Assembly: GCA_964371355.1 (NCBI GenBank)
Contig: CAYJMG010000020.1
Location: forward strand, 130 to 64,129
DNA from: an uncultured Dehalococcoidia bacterium
GTDB lineage: Bacteria; Chloroflexota; Dehalococcoidia; DSTF01; JACRBR01
Length of the DNA: 64,000 bases
Direction: 5' to 3'
In this document: positions 27,250 to 36,958 of the stretch, piece by piece
Position numbering within the stretch: the first letter of the stretch is position 1
Layout of the letters: the number at the start of each line of letters is the position of its first letter
Made by a program: the position numbers and the translations under genes
The notes under the pieces: generated by a model
What the model was told of the DNA's origin: nothing
The model's input: only the letters and a program-made list of their open reading frames with translations
The model's database searches: none

Positions 27250-27257
27250 TATCTGCC

Positions 27258-27500
27258 GTGCTGATGGGTACGTCCGACTCTGCGCGCAGGACCCGGCACA
27301 TGTCGAACCCGTCGACCTCCGGCAGCATCACGTCCAGCACGACGGCTGCGACGCGCCAGGTCGATGCCCTCCCGTCTGTTTGACGCGCACAGCACCGGAT
27401 AGCCCTCGCGCTCGAGATACAGCCGGACGAGCGCCGCCGTGTTAGCGTCGTCCTCGATGACGAGCACCGCTGGTTTCGTGCCACGAGCCTCCCCCGACAT
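27258..27500 (-). pseudogene. truncated, frameshifted copy of the N-terminal receiver domain of the 21374-22072 response regulator
   Basis: It translates to ...[44 protein letters not shown] and then goes out of frame. Nucleotide alignment by eye to 21838-22072 shows high identity with a 13-nt deletion. The ATG of the parent gene is changed, and homology stops after about 80 codons. Confidence 0.7.
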
Positions 27501-27523
27501 GGTGTCGCAGCACGTGCCTCGAT

Positions 27524-27555
27524 CCTGTGAAGGGACCTGTGAAGAACCTGTGCAG
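27524..27555 (+). promoter_or_regulatory. candidate operator: three direct repeats CCTGTGAAG / CCTGTGAAG / CCTGTGCAG (12- and 11-bp period)
   Basis: Read directly. It lies inside the duplicated promoter fragment, upstream of exporter module 2. Confidence 0.4.
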
Positions 27556-27682
27556 AACGCCCCGGCCGTCTATATCGCGCGGTTCTCCATCCACCGTGCA
27601 CAGATCCTGCATACGGAACCCGGTACGAATGAAGGCGTACGAAAAGCAGCCCGAGCAGGAGCCCGAGCAGGAGAAGGTGACG

Positions 27683-28642
27683 ATGCGACTCTGGACACTG
27701 GGATGGATCGCGATGGCGGGCGCCGCGCTGGTGCTGGCGGCGTGCGGAAGTGGCGGCGAGGAGGGTGACGGCCCGACGTCGCTGCGCGAGGCCCTCGAAG
27801 GACAGTTCGATGAAGACATGTTGGCAAAGCAGCAGGAAGCGATCCGCGACTGCATGGTGGAGCAGGGCTTCGAATACACCCCCGCCGACCCGCGGGGCGG
27901 CAACGTTCAGAGGTTCGAGGTTGACATCAACACCAATGATGAAGAGTGGGTGAAAGAGAACGGTTTTGGCATCTCCACCGGCTTCGGTGGCCCCGGCGAA
28001 GGGGACCGCGCGCCAGCCGACGACGGCGACGACCCAAACGCTGCCTACCGCGAGTCGCTGAGCCCAGAGCAGCAGGAGGCCTACGACAAGGCCCTGTTCG
28101 GCGAGCGGGCGAACGACGACCAGCCCGGCCTCGACAGCAAGAGTGGCGGCGGCGGCGTCATCGTTGGCAGCGTCAACGGCGAGGACGCCATCGGCGGCTG
28201 CTTCGGCGAAGCGATTCGCGAGGGCGACCCGTTGCAGGACACCGAGCTCGCTGATGCGCTCGACCAGTTGGGGCAGCAGATCCGCAACGACGAGCGCGTC
28301 GTCAAGGCGAACCAGGAGTGGTCGGCGTGCATGGCGGACGGTGGATTCACGTACGAATCTCGAGACGCCGCCATCCGCGACATCTCCTCGCGCTTCAACG
28401 AGATCCTCGGCCTCGAAGTCCCGGATGGCGATCGTGGCGGCATCGTGATCGTCCAGGCCGGCGACGATCCAAACGCGACCTACGACCAGGAGGCGCTCGA
28501 AGAACTCCGCCAGGAAGAGATCCGCATCGCCACGGCCTCGTTCGAGTGCGCGAAGGACACGATCGCCGAGGTCGAGCCGAAGGTGCGCGAGGAGTACGAG
28601 CAGCAGTTCCTCGAAGACCACCCCGAGCTGGCGGGTCAATAG
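27683..28642 (+). CDS. hypothetical acidic lipoprotein
   Basis: MRLWTLGWIAMAGAALVLAACGSGG is a signal peptide with lipobox. The mature protein is Asp/Glu-rich with 4 Cys. It is the first gene of the lipoprotein / PG-binding adaptor / ABC ATPase / FtsX permease cassette. Confidence 0.65.
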   Translation: MRLWTLGWIAMAGAALVLAACGSGGEEGDGPTSLREALEGQFDEDMLAKQQEAIRDCMVEQGFEYTPADPRGGNVQRFEVDINTNDEEWVKENGFGISTGFGGPGEGDRAPADDGDDPNAAYRESLSPEQQEAYDKALFGERANDDQPGLDSKSGGGGVIVGSVNGEDAIGGCFGEAIREGDPLQDTELADALDQLGQQIRNDERVVKANQEWSACMADGGFTYESRDAAIRDISSRFNEILGLEVPDGDRGGIVIVQAGDDPNATYDQEALEELRQEEIRIATASFECAKDTIAEVEPKVREEYEQQFLEDHPELAGQ

Positions 28643-28690
28643 CCATCGCCACCGTGCCCTGACGGACCACATACAAGAGAGCTGACACAC

Positions 28691-30508
28691 ATGAAGCGCA
28701 ACAGGATGATCGGGGTGGTGCTGGCAGGCGTGGTGCTGTCGGGCGTCGTCGGATGGTGCGCCGGTACGAAGGTGCAGTCATCGTCCGACGCGAACTCGTC
28801 AACGAACGCGCCGCCCGCCTCCCCGATCACCGCGAAAGTCGAGGAAACCGAACTGTCGTCGGCGGTCGTTGGCCGCGGCACCGTCCGCTACAACGACCCG
28901 GTCGCCGTTAACGTTGCGTCGAGCAGCGCCGGTGGGTCCCAGCTCGTCACGCGTGAGCCCGTCGCCGGTACGGAAGTGACCGAGAGTTCCGTGATGATGG
29001 AGATCTCCGGCCAGCCCGTCTTCGCGCTCCGGGGCGATCGTCCCATGTATCGCGATATCCGCCCGGGCGACGAGGGCGAGGATGTGCGCCAGCTAGAGGA
29101 AGCGTTGCTGCGTCTGGGGTTCGACCCCGGCGCTGTCGATGGCGTGTACGACGGCGCAACGGCTGCCGCGGTCGAAGCCTGGTACGAGGCCGCCAACTAC
29201 CAGGCCTCCGGCGCGACGGACGACGAGCGCGCCCAGCTGCGAAACGGTCGCGACGCCGTCTCACAGGCCCAGCAGGCCCTTCGCAACGCCGAAAAGAATC
29301 TGGAGGACGGCACCGAGCCTCCAACAGAAGTGGAGCTGGCGCAGGCCAGCAACAACGTCGCCGCGGCGGAGGATGGGCTGGCCCAGGCCCGCACCGCGCA
29401 AGATCAGGGCGCTGCGCAGGCCGAGGAGAACCTGCGCCAGGCGGAGCGGGCGCTCGATGACGCGCGCGACGCCGCCGACACGAAGCGCGAGCAAGCCGCG
29501 CGGGCCGTCGAGATTGCCGAGCTGGCGCTCGAGTCGGCAGGTCAGGCGCTGGAGGACGCACAGAATGAGTCCGAGCTTCCGCCCGACCAGCACGACAAGC
29601 AAGTCGCACAGGCGGAGCTGGCTGTGCGCCAGGCGGAGCTGGAACTCGAAGACGCCGAGGACGCGCTCGCTGCCGTCGATGACGAAAGCGAATCGGCGAT
29701 CGATGACGCCGAGCGCGCGGTGACCGCCGCGCAGTCCGCCGCGACCGCCGCGGCCCAGCAGGACGCGGCCGCCCTGCGCCAGGCCGAGGCCAACCTGTAC
29801 CTGGCGCAGCTCAGCCTCACCGACCTCCAGACGCCGAAGGACGCGGAAACGCTCGAGGCGGCCGTCGAAGACGCGCGCGCCGACCTCGCCCGGGCGCGTG
29901 AAGATCTCGCCGAGCTGGAGGACGAAGTCGGTACGTACGTCCCCGCCTCGAATGTCGTGTTCTTCGCCGAGCTGCCTCTGCGCATCAACTCCGTTGAGGT
30001 CGAGCGCGGCGACGCGCTCAGCGGCTCCCCGATGACGGTTAGCGGCTCGCGCCTGGCGGTCGAGACTTCGGTTACCGTAGCCGACGCGCAACTCCTGAAG
30101 GCCGGCATGGCCGCACAGCTTGCAGCCTCCGATCTCGACATCGAGCTGGACGGCGAGATCACCTTCGTCGATGAGAAGCCCGGCACGCACGATCTGGACA
30201 GCCAGCACGTGTACGTCGAGATCGCCCCGAAGGACGCCCCCGAGAACTTCAAGGACGCCGCCGTGCGCGTGACGATCCCCGTGAAGTCGACGGAGGGCGC
30301 CGTGCTCGCCGTGCCCGTGGCCGCCGTGTCGGTGGCCGCCGACGGCTCCGACCGCGTCGAGGTGCTGGAGGAGGACGGCGAGCGCCGCTTCGTCACCGTC
30401 GCGACGGGACTCTCCGCCCAGGGCATGGTCGAGGTCACGCCCCTCGAGGGCGACCTGCAGGCGGGCGATCTCGTTATCGTCGGCGCGGACAGCGGGGCGA
30501 CCGAGTGA
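28691..30508 (+). CDS. membrane-anchored adaptor with peptidoglycan-binding domain, long coiled coil and HlyD-like C-terminal domains
   Basis: N-terminal TM (IGVVLAGVVLSGVVGW). PG_binding_1-like repeat (GDEGEDVRQLEEALLRLGFDPGAVDGVYDGATAAAVEAWY). About 230 aa of Ala/Glu/Asp/Gln coiled coil. C-terminal beta domains. Confidence 0.8.
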   Translation: MKRNRMIGVVLAGVVLSGVVGWCAGTKVQSSSDANSSTNAPPASPITAKVEETELSSAVVGRGTVRYNDPVAVNVASSSAGGSQLVTREPVAGTEVTESSVMMEISGQPVFALRGDRPMYRDIRPGDEGEDVRQLEEALLRLGFDPGAVDGVYDGATAAAVEAWYEAANYQASGATDDERAQLRNGRDAVSQAQQALRNAEKNLEDGTEPPTEVELAQASNNVAAAEDGLAQARTAQDQGAAQAEENLRQAERALDDARDAADTKREQAARAVEIAELALESAGQALEDAQNESELPPDQHDKQVAQAELAVRQAELELEDAEDALAAVDDESESAIDDAERAVTAAQSAATAAAQQDAAALRQAEANLYLAQLSLTDLQTPKDAETLEAAVEDARADLARAREDLAELEDEVGTYVPASNVVFFAELPLRINSVEVERGDALSGSPMTVSGSRLAVETSVTVADAQLLKAGMAAQLAASDLDIELDGEITFVDEKPGTHDLDSQHVYVEIAPKDAPENFKDAAVRVTIPVKSTEGAVLAVPVAAVSVAADGSDRVEVLEEDGERRFVTVATGLSAQGMVEVTPLEGDLQAGDLVIVGADSGATE

Positions 30509-31275
30509 GAGCACTCACGAGATGGCGTGGAAGCCCGGCCCCGGCGCACTTCGGCGATCCCTCAGCGCCGCTCCTCGAGCTGGACGAGGTGTCGCGCACG
30601 TTCGAGATGGAGCCACCCGTCCACGCCCTCCGCGACGTGACGCTGACGGTCGATAGAGGTGCGTACGTGTCAATAGTCGGCCCCTCCGGCTCGGGAAAGT
30701 CGACGCTGCTGAACATCCTGGGCTGCCTGGACCGGCAGACGGGAGGCGTCTATCGGTTCGAGGGGATCGACACAGCCGAGTTGAGCGAGGCCGAGCGGGC
30801 CGGTTTGCGCGCCCGCCGCATTGGCTTCGTCTTCCAGTCCTTCCACCTGCTGCCGTACCGCTCGATCGAGGAGAACGTGATGGTGGGAGGGTTGTACGCG
30901 CGTGTGCCACGGGCCGAGCGTGCCGCCAACGCGGAGGCCGCCCTCCGTCGCGTCGGACTCGGGCATCGGCTGGGCTTCCTTCCCGGCAGGTTGTCGGGAG
31001 GTGAACGCCAGCGGGTGGCGATCGCCCGGGCGATCGCCACCCGGCCGAGCCTGCTCCTGTGCGATGAGCCCACCGGCAACCTCGACACGTCGAACACGGC
31101 CGCCATCCTCGATCTGTTCGACGAGTTGCGCGCCGACGGACTGACCATCGTCGTTATCACGCACGACGCGAGCGTGAGCGCGCGCTCGGACCATCGCGCG
31201 CGCATCGTTGACGGCACGCTGTTCAGCGAGGACGACGTGCGGGAGGGAGCGGAGGCGCAGCTATGGCGCGGTTGA
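30505..31275 (+). CDS. ABC transporter ATP-binding protein (MacB/LolD type)
   Basis: Walker A GPSGSGKST, signature LSGGERQRVAIARAI, Walker B LLCDEPTGNLD. GTGA overlap with the adaptor gene. Confidence 0.9.
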   Translation: MRALTRWRGSPAPAHFGDPSAPLLELDEVSRTFEMEPPVHALRDVTLTVDRGAYVSIVGPSGSGKSTLLNILGCLDRQTGGVYRFEGIDTAELSEAERAGLRARRIGFVFQSFHLLPYRSIEENVMVGGLYARVPRAERAANAEAALRRVGLGHRLGFLPGRLSGGERQRVAIARAIATRPSLLLCDEPTGNLDTSNTAAILDLFDELRADGLTIVVITHDASVSARSDHRARIVDGTLFSEDDVREGAEAQLWRG

Positions 31276-32516
31276 TGGCTCTCGGTACCCGCGGAGCCTC
31301 CGCGGCGGCGACGGTCTCCGCCTTGGACTGGCGCGACCTGGTCGACGAGTCCCTCGCGGGTCTCATGGCGAGGCCCGGGCGCTCGCTGCTGACCGTGCTG
31401 GGTGTCGTGCTCGGCATCTCCGCCCTCGTGGCGACGCTCGGCCTGTCGCGCACCGCGGGCAGCCAGATCGTCGGCCGCCTCAGCGAACTCGCCGCCACGG
31501 AGGTGACAGCCGAGCCCGCCGAATCCGGTGGCCGCGCCGCCGGCTCGCTGCCGTGGGACGCCGAGGAGCGCCTGTCGCGCCTGAACGGTGTCGTCGCCGT
31601 GGGAGCGTATGGCGAGGTCGACGTGAGCGGAGCGCTCGTGCGCGCGGTGGCGGTCCGCGACCGCACTCGGCAGACCGAGTTCGCCCTCTCGGTCTATGCC
31701 GCGACCCCGGGCCTGCTGGAAGCGATGCGCGGCAGCATGCTGACCGGCCGATTCCTTGACGAAGGCATGTCCCGTCGCGCCGAGCGTGTCGCCGTGCTCG
31801 GTGCGGCCGCCGCGCAGCGCCTGGGCATCACGCGCGTCGATAACCAGCCCGCGATCTACATCGGCGATGAGCTGTACGTCGTCGTCGGCATCATCGGCGA
31901 CATGGAGCGCGAGCCGGAGGCGCTGAACGCCGTGATCATCCCGGTCGGTACGGCCCAGGAGCGCTGGGGCGACACGGCCGTGGGCAAGGTCGTTATCGAG
32001 ACGCAGTTGGGCGCCGCCCAGCTCATCGCCGGGCAGGCCGCCCTCGCTCTCAGTCCCAATAGTCCGGACACCGTACGTGTAACGGCCCCACCGGAAGCCC
32101 GCCGGACGCGCGAGAACGTAGAGAACGACGTGAACTCGCTGTTCCTCGTGCTGGGGTTGGTGTCCCTGATCGTCGGCGCGATCGGCATCGCCAATGTCAC
32201 CCTGGTCACGGTGCTCGAGCGCGTCGGCGAGATCGGCCTCCGCCGCGCCCTGGGCGCGCGTACGCACCACATCGCGACCCAGTTCCTGGTCGAGAGCACG
32301 ACGACGGGCGTGATCGGTGGCGTCGTCGGCGCCAGCGCAGGCACGATCATCGTCGTGGCCGTCGCCGTCGCACGCGACTGGACCCCGGTGATGGACATGT
32401 GGACGGCGCTCGTGTCGCCCCTGGCCGGCGGCGTGATCGGACTGCTGGCCGGCGCTTATCCCGCGATGCGGGCGGCGTCGATGGAGCCGGTGGAGGCGCT
32501 GCGATCGGGAACGTGA
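31263..32516 (+). CDS. ABC transporter permease (MacB_PCD + FtsX domains)
   Basis: RPGRSLLTVLGVVLGISALVATLG, an extracytoplasmic domain, and a C-terminal FtsX block (GAIGIANVTLVTVLERVGEIGLRRALGA...YPAMRAASMEPVEALR). Confidence 0.9.
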   Translation: MARLMALGTRGASAAATVSALDWRDLVDESLAGLMARPGRSLLTVLGVVLGISALVATLGLSRTAGSQIVGRLSELAATEVTAEPAESGGRAAGSLPWDAEERLSRLNGVVAVGAYGEVDVSGALVRAVAVRDRTRQTEFALSVYAATPGLLEAMRGSMLTGRFLDEGMSRRAERVAVLGAAAAQRLGITRVDNQPAIYIGDELYVVVGIIGDMEREPEALNAVIIPVGTAQERWGDTAVGKVVIETQLGAAQLIAGQAALALSPNSPDTVRVTAPPEARRTRENVENDVNSLFLVLGLVSLIVGAIGIANVTLVTVLERVGEIGLRRALGARTHHIATQFLVESTTTGVIGGVVGASAGTIIVVAVAVARDWTPVMDMWTALVSPLAGGVIGLLAGAYPAMRAASMEPVEALRSGT

Positions 32517-32623
32517 GACCCGGCAGCGAGCGCATGGGCGAGGGCGCGCGTCTTCATGTCACACCGTTGCCCTGCTAGAATTCGCCCGCTCGGCCGGCTG
32601 TCACCCAAACGAAGGATTCGCGG

Positions 32624-33937
32624 ATGGACTGGCGTTCCCGTTGGGCAGAAAAGCTCGTCTCACCGGAGGACGCCGTCCGCATCGTGAAGTCGGGCGACCG
32701 CGTGTTCGCCGGCATGTTCACTGGCACGCCGCCCACGCTCTGCCGCGCCCTCTTCGAACGCCACGACGAGCTGCGTGGCGTCACCATCTTCCACTACATC
32801 GCGCCCTTCGTCTGGGCCACGCCCGAAGCGGCGGACGCCTTTCGCGTGCGGACCGTGTTCGCGGGCGCGGCCGACCGTCAGGCCGTGCGTGACGGCCGCG
32901 CCGACTACGTCCCTGTCGCTAATTTCCGCCAGAGCTGGATCAAGGAGACGATGGGCGAGGTCAACGTCATGCTCGCCCGCACTTCCCCGCCCGACGAGAA
33001 CGGCTACATGAGCTTTGGCAGCGCTGTGTGGATCGGCCGCACCGTCGCCGACATCGCCGCGCGCATCATCTGCGAAGTCGACGAGACCTTCATTCGCACC
33101 TATGGCGAGAACTTCCTCCACATTTCCGAGGTCGACTACCTGTGCGAGCACGACGCGCGTGACGCCGGCACAGTGTCCGTGCCCGCCCGCAGCGAGGAGA
33201 ACGCGAATGCCGCCGAGGTCATCTGCACGCTCGTCGCGTCGGAGCTGATACGCGACGGCGACACTCTGCAGCTCGGCCTGGGCGACGTTACCACGGCCAT
33301 GGCGCTGTATCTCGATGATAAGCACGATCTCGGCATCCAGACCGAACTGATCCCCGGCGGCGTGATCGACCTCGTGAAGAAGGGAGTCGTGACCGGGCGC
33401 AAGAAGGAGGTCGCACCCGGAAAGGTCGTGGGGTCCGCCTTCGCGGTGCTGCCACCCGAAGAGCTGCGCTACGCCCACATGAACCCCGCGTTCGAGCTGT
33501 GGGACTTCTGCCACACCGACGACATGCGGATCCTGGTGCGGGAGGAGGCCTTCGTAGCGATCAATAACGCCCTCCAGATCGACCTCACCGGCCAGGTGAC
33601 CGCCGAGACCCTGAACGGCGAGATCTACAGCGGCCCCGGCGGCCAGACGACCTTCGCCGTCGCCGCCTCGGTCTGCGAGGACGGGCGCTCGATCATCGCC
33701 CTGCCGTCCAGTTCGACCGTCAACGGCATCCGCCACTCACGCATCCTGCCGGTCCTTCCGCCTGGCTCCGTCGTCACCACGCCCCGCTCCTTCGTCGACT
33801 ACGTGGTGACCGAGTATGGCATTGCCACCCTGCGGGGGAAGACCCTGCGCGAGCGCGCCGGGGAACTCATCGCAGTGGCCCATCCCGACTTCCAGCCCGG
33901 CCTGCGGGCCGAGGCGAAGCGCCGCCTTCACCTGTGA
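32624..33937 (+). CDS. acetyl-CoA hydrolase/transferase family protein (4-hydroxybutyrate CoA-transferase-like)
   Basis: 437 aa. The N-terminus KLVSPEDAVRIVKSGDRVF and the conserved ...GGQTTF... (GPGGQTTFAVAA) segment are typical of this family. Confidence 0.8.
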   Translation: MDWRSRWAEKLVSPEDAVRIVKSGDRVFAGMFTGTPPTLCRALFERHDELRGVTIFHYIAPFVWATPEAADAFRVRTVFAGAADRQAVRDGRADYVPVANFRQSWIKETMGEVNVMLARTSPPDENGYMSFGSAVWIGRTVADIAARIICEVDETFIRTYGENFLHISEVDYLCEHDARDAGTVSVPARSEENANAAEVICTLVASELIRDGDTLQLGLGDVTTAMALYLDDKHDLGIQTELIPGGVIDLVKKGVVTGRKKEVAPGKVVGSAFAVLPPEELRYAHMNPAFELWDFCHTDDMRILVREEAFVAINNALQIDLTGQVTAETLNGEIYSGPGGQTTFAVAASVCEDGRSIIALPSSSTVNGIRHSRILPVLPPGSVVTTPRSFVDYVVTEYGIATLRGKTLRERAGELIAVAHPDFQPGLRAEAKRRLHL

Positions 33938-34072
33938 GGAGAGCTTCAGAGAGGGATTCTGAGGCTGGATGGCCCCTCGATTAGCGCCTTCCTGCCGTAG
34001 CCGCGAGCGCGTACGATCGCTGTACTTGACCTCACGAGGCGCCATCTGGTGGGCCGGACTGGGGAGCCGTGC

Positions 34073-35155
34073 ATGAGCCGCATCGTCTTCCGCGACGTCA
34101 GCAAGCACTTCGGTGAAGTGGTTGCCGTGCGCGATTTCAACCTCGACATCGAGGACAAGGAGTTCCTCGTCCTCCTGGGGCCTTCCGGCTGCGGCAAGTC
34201 CACGGCCCTCCGCCTCGTGGCCGGCCTCGAAGAGCCCACCTCCGGCGAGATCCTCATCGGCGACCGTCCCGTCACGGATGTCGAGGCGAAAAACCGCGAC
34301 CTCGCGATGGTCTTCCAGAGTTACGCCCTGTACCCCCACATGACCGTGCGCAGGAACATCGAGTTCCCGCTGAAGACCCGCAAGATCCCCCGGTACGAGC
34401 GCATGAAGCTCGTCACGGAGACCGCGCGCTGGCTTGGACTGGAACCGCTGCTGGAACGGCGCCCCGGCGAGCTGTCAGGAGGCCAGCGCCAGCGCGTTGC
34501 GCTCGCCCGCGCCGTGGTGCGCCGGCCCGTCGCCTTCCTCATGGACGAGCCCTTGTCGAACCTCGACGCCAAGCTTCGTGTGAAGACCCGCGCCGAACTC
34601 GTCGACCTCCACCAGGAGCTGTCGCGCACCTTCGTGTATGTCACACACGACCAGGTCGAGGCCATGACGATGGCGACGCGCATCGCCATCATGAACGAGG
34701 GCGCGCTCCAGCAGGTCGGCCCGCCGCAGGACGTGTACGAGCGTCCCGCCAACACCTTCGTCGCCCAGTTCATCGGCAGCCCGCCAATGAACGTCGTCTC
34801 CGGGACGGTTGCTCGCGACGAGACCGGCGTGTGCGCGTGCGTCCCCGGCGGTTCGATCCCCCTCTCACCCGCGGCGGCGGCGACGATCACCGCGAGTGGC
34901 CTGCAGAGCCTCCTGGTCGGCGTCCGCCCCGAGCACCTCGTCCTCGATGACGGTCCAGTGAAGGCGACCGTACGCGCCGTCGAGTCGCTGGGCCACGAGC
35001 GTCACATCATCTGCGATCTTTCGCCCGAAGAGTTCGCTATCGTGCGGCTTCCATCAGATGTCCCTCCGCCCGCCGCCGGCTCCACCGTGGGCCTCAGCGC
35101 GCGCCTCGACCAGGTCCATCTCTTCGATCCCGCCAGCACCGCACGGATTGACTGA
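34073..35155 (+). CDS. sugar ABC transporter ATP-binding protein (MalK/UgpC type)
   Basis: Walker A GPSGCGKST, LSGGQRQRVALARA, Walker B FLMDEPLSNLD, plus a C-terminal TOBE-like regulatory domain. Confidence 0.9.
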   Translation: MSRIVFRDVSKHFGEVVAVRDFNLDIEDKEFLVLLGPSGCGKSTALRLVAGLEEPTSGEILIGDRPVTDVEAKNRDLAMVFQSYALYPHMTVRRNIEFPLKTRKIPRYERMKLVTETARWLGLEPLLERRPGELSGGQRQRVALARAVVRRPVAFLMDEPLSNLDAKLRVKTRAELVDLHQELSRTFVYVTHDQVEAMTMATRIAIMNEGALQQVGPPQDVYERPANTFVAQFIGSPPMNVVSGTVARDETGVCACVPGGSIPLSPAAAATITASGLQSLLVGVRPEHLVLDDGPVKATVRAVESLGHERHIICDLSPEEFAIVRLPSDVPPPAAGSTVGLSARLDQVHLFDPASTARID

Positions 35156-36102
35156 TGAGTGAGGCGAAGGTCCCGGTAGAACTCATCGCGGCGCCGGCCA
35201 CCACCACCGGCCGGTTCCACGTGAGGCCGCGCCTGGGGGAAGCCGCGTTCGCGCTCGCCCTGCTCGGCCCGTCCATCGCGCTCTTCGCCACCTTCGCCTT
35301 CTACCCGCTCGTGAAGACGTTCTATCTCGGCTTCTTCCGCAGCGACCCCTTCGGGCTCAGCAGCTCGTATGTCGGGTTCGACCAGTACGTGGACGTGTTG
35401 GGCTCCGGCCAGTTCCACCGCAGCCTCTGGACCACGGCCCTCTTCGCGATCTTCACCGTGCCGACGGGTCTCGTACTCGGTCTCGGGCTCGCGCTCCTCG
35501 CGCACCAGAAGCTGCGCGGCATCATCATCTTCCGCACCATCTTTTCCTCCACCGTCGCTACGTCCGTCGCCGTCGCGTCCGTCATGTGGATCACGCTGCT
35601 TAATCCCAGCATCGGGATCATCAACTACGCCCTCAAGGAGTCCGGCTTCGAGGCCGTGAACTGGCTGGGCGACCCCGATTGGGCACTGCCAGCCGTCTCG
35701 CTCACCACCGTCTGGCTCAACCTCGGCTTCACGTTCATCGTGATCCTCGCTGGCCTCCAGACCATCCCCGAGGAGCTGCACGAGAGCGCCAAGATGGACG
35801 GCGCCGGCTCCGTGTCGCGGCTCTTGAACGTCACGCTCCCGATGCTCTCGCCGACACTCCTCTTCGCCGTCGTCGTGCTCACCATCAACGCCTTCCAGTC
35901 ATTCGGGCAGATCGACATCCTCACGCAGGGCGGACCGCTCGACCGGACCAACGTGATGGTCTACTCCATCTACACCGAGGGCTTCCGCAACTTCAACGAG
36001 GGCGTCGCCGCTGTCCAGGGCGTCGTGCTGTTCCTCATCGTGCTCGTACTCACGCTCGTCCAGTTCCGGTTCCTCGAACGGCGGGTGTTCTATGGCAGCT
36101 AG
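35155..36102 (+). CDS. carbohydrate ABC transporter permease (UgpA/MalF-like)
   Basis: 6-TM BPD-transporter layout with an EAA-type loop (ESAKMDGAGSVSRLLNVTLPML). Confidence 0.9.
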   Translation: MSEAKVPVELIAAPATTTGRFHVRPRLGEAAFALALLGPSIALFATFAFYPLVKTFYLGFFRSDPFGLSSSYVGFDQYVDVLGSGQFHRSLWTTALFAIFTVPTGLVLGLGLALLAHQKLRGIIIFRTIFSSTVATSVAVASVMWITLLNPSIGIINYALKESGFEAVNWLGDPDWALPAVSLTTVWLNLGFTFIVILAGLQTIPEELHESAKMDGAGSVSRLLNVTLPMLSPTLLFAVVVLTINAFQSFGQIDILTQGGPLDRTNVMVYSIYTEGFRNFNEGVAAVQGVVLFLIVLVLTLVQFRFLERRVFYGS

Positions 36103-36958
36103 CCCGTCCGCCGCCCGTCGCCCGCGCCGCATCCGCCCGCGCCGCATCCTGACCGAGGCGGTCCAGTACGCCGCGCTCACCATCGCCGCGGCCATCATCC
36201 TCACGCCCATCTACATCACGGTGGTGTACTCGCTGCAGCCGGTCGAGGAGATCTTCTCCTACCCGCCGAACCTGCTGGTCACAGACCCCCAGTGGGACAC
36301 CTACAAACGCGCATTCGAGACCGGCTCGCTGGGCCGCTATCTGGTGAACAGCTTCCTGGTCTCCACCGCCATCACGGCGGGCCAGGTGATCACATCGATC
36401 CTTGCCGCGTACGCGTTCGCCTTCCTGCGCTTCCCCTTCCGCAACTCCCTCTTCGTCGTCTTCCTCGCCTCGCTGATGGTGCCGTGGGAGGTGACGATCA
36501 TCCCGAACTACCAGACCATTTCCACCCTGGGTTGGCTCGACTCTTACCAGGGACTCATCGTGCCCTTCCTCGCCACCGCGTTCGGCACGTTCCTGCTTCG
36601 TCAGGCCTTCCTCACGGTCCCGCGCGACCTGCGCGACGCCGCGTCGATGGACGGCTACGGCCACATCGGCTTCATGCTCGAAGTGGTCGTGCCGCTCTCC
36701 CGCGCGGCCATCGGTGCCCTCGCCGTCTTTTCCTTCCTGCTCGCGTGGAACCAGTACCTCTGGCCCCTCCTCATCACCAACGACGACGACTACCGCACGG
36801 TGCAGATCGGCCTCAAGGCCCTCGTCTCCTCGAACATCGACGAGTTCAACCTCGTGATGGCCGGAACGGTGATCGCCGCCGCGCCCATCCTCACTCTGCT
36901 GATCCTCTTCCAGAAGCAACTGATCCGGGGACTCACGTCGGGAGCGATAAAGGGATGA
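36092..36958 (+). CDS. carbohydrate ABC transporter permease (UgpE/MalG-like)
   Basis: EAA-type loop (DAASMDGYGHIGFMLEVVVPL), 6 TM, overlaps its neighbours. Confidence 0.9.
   Translation: MAASPSAARRPRRIRPRRILTEAVQYAALTIAAAIILTPIYITVVYSLQPVEEIFSYPPNLLVTDPQWDTYKRAFETGSLGRYLVNSFLVSTAITAGQVITSILAAYAFAFLRFPFRNSLFVVFLASLMVPWEVTIIPNYQTISTLGWLDSYQGLIVPFLATAFGTFLLRQAFLTVPRDLRDAASMDGYGHIGFMLEVVVPLSRAAIGALAVFSFLLAWNQYLWPLLITNDDDYRTVQIGLKALVSSNIDEFNLVMAGTVIAAAPILTLLILFQKQLIRGLTSGAIKG

Noticed and set aside
32576-32581. TAGAAT as the -10 element for the CoA-transferase gene
   Set aside because: The only -35 candidate (TTCATG) is poor, and single hexamer matches are expected by chance. The evidence is insufficient to list it as a feature.
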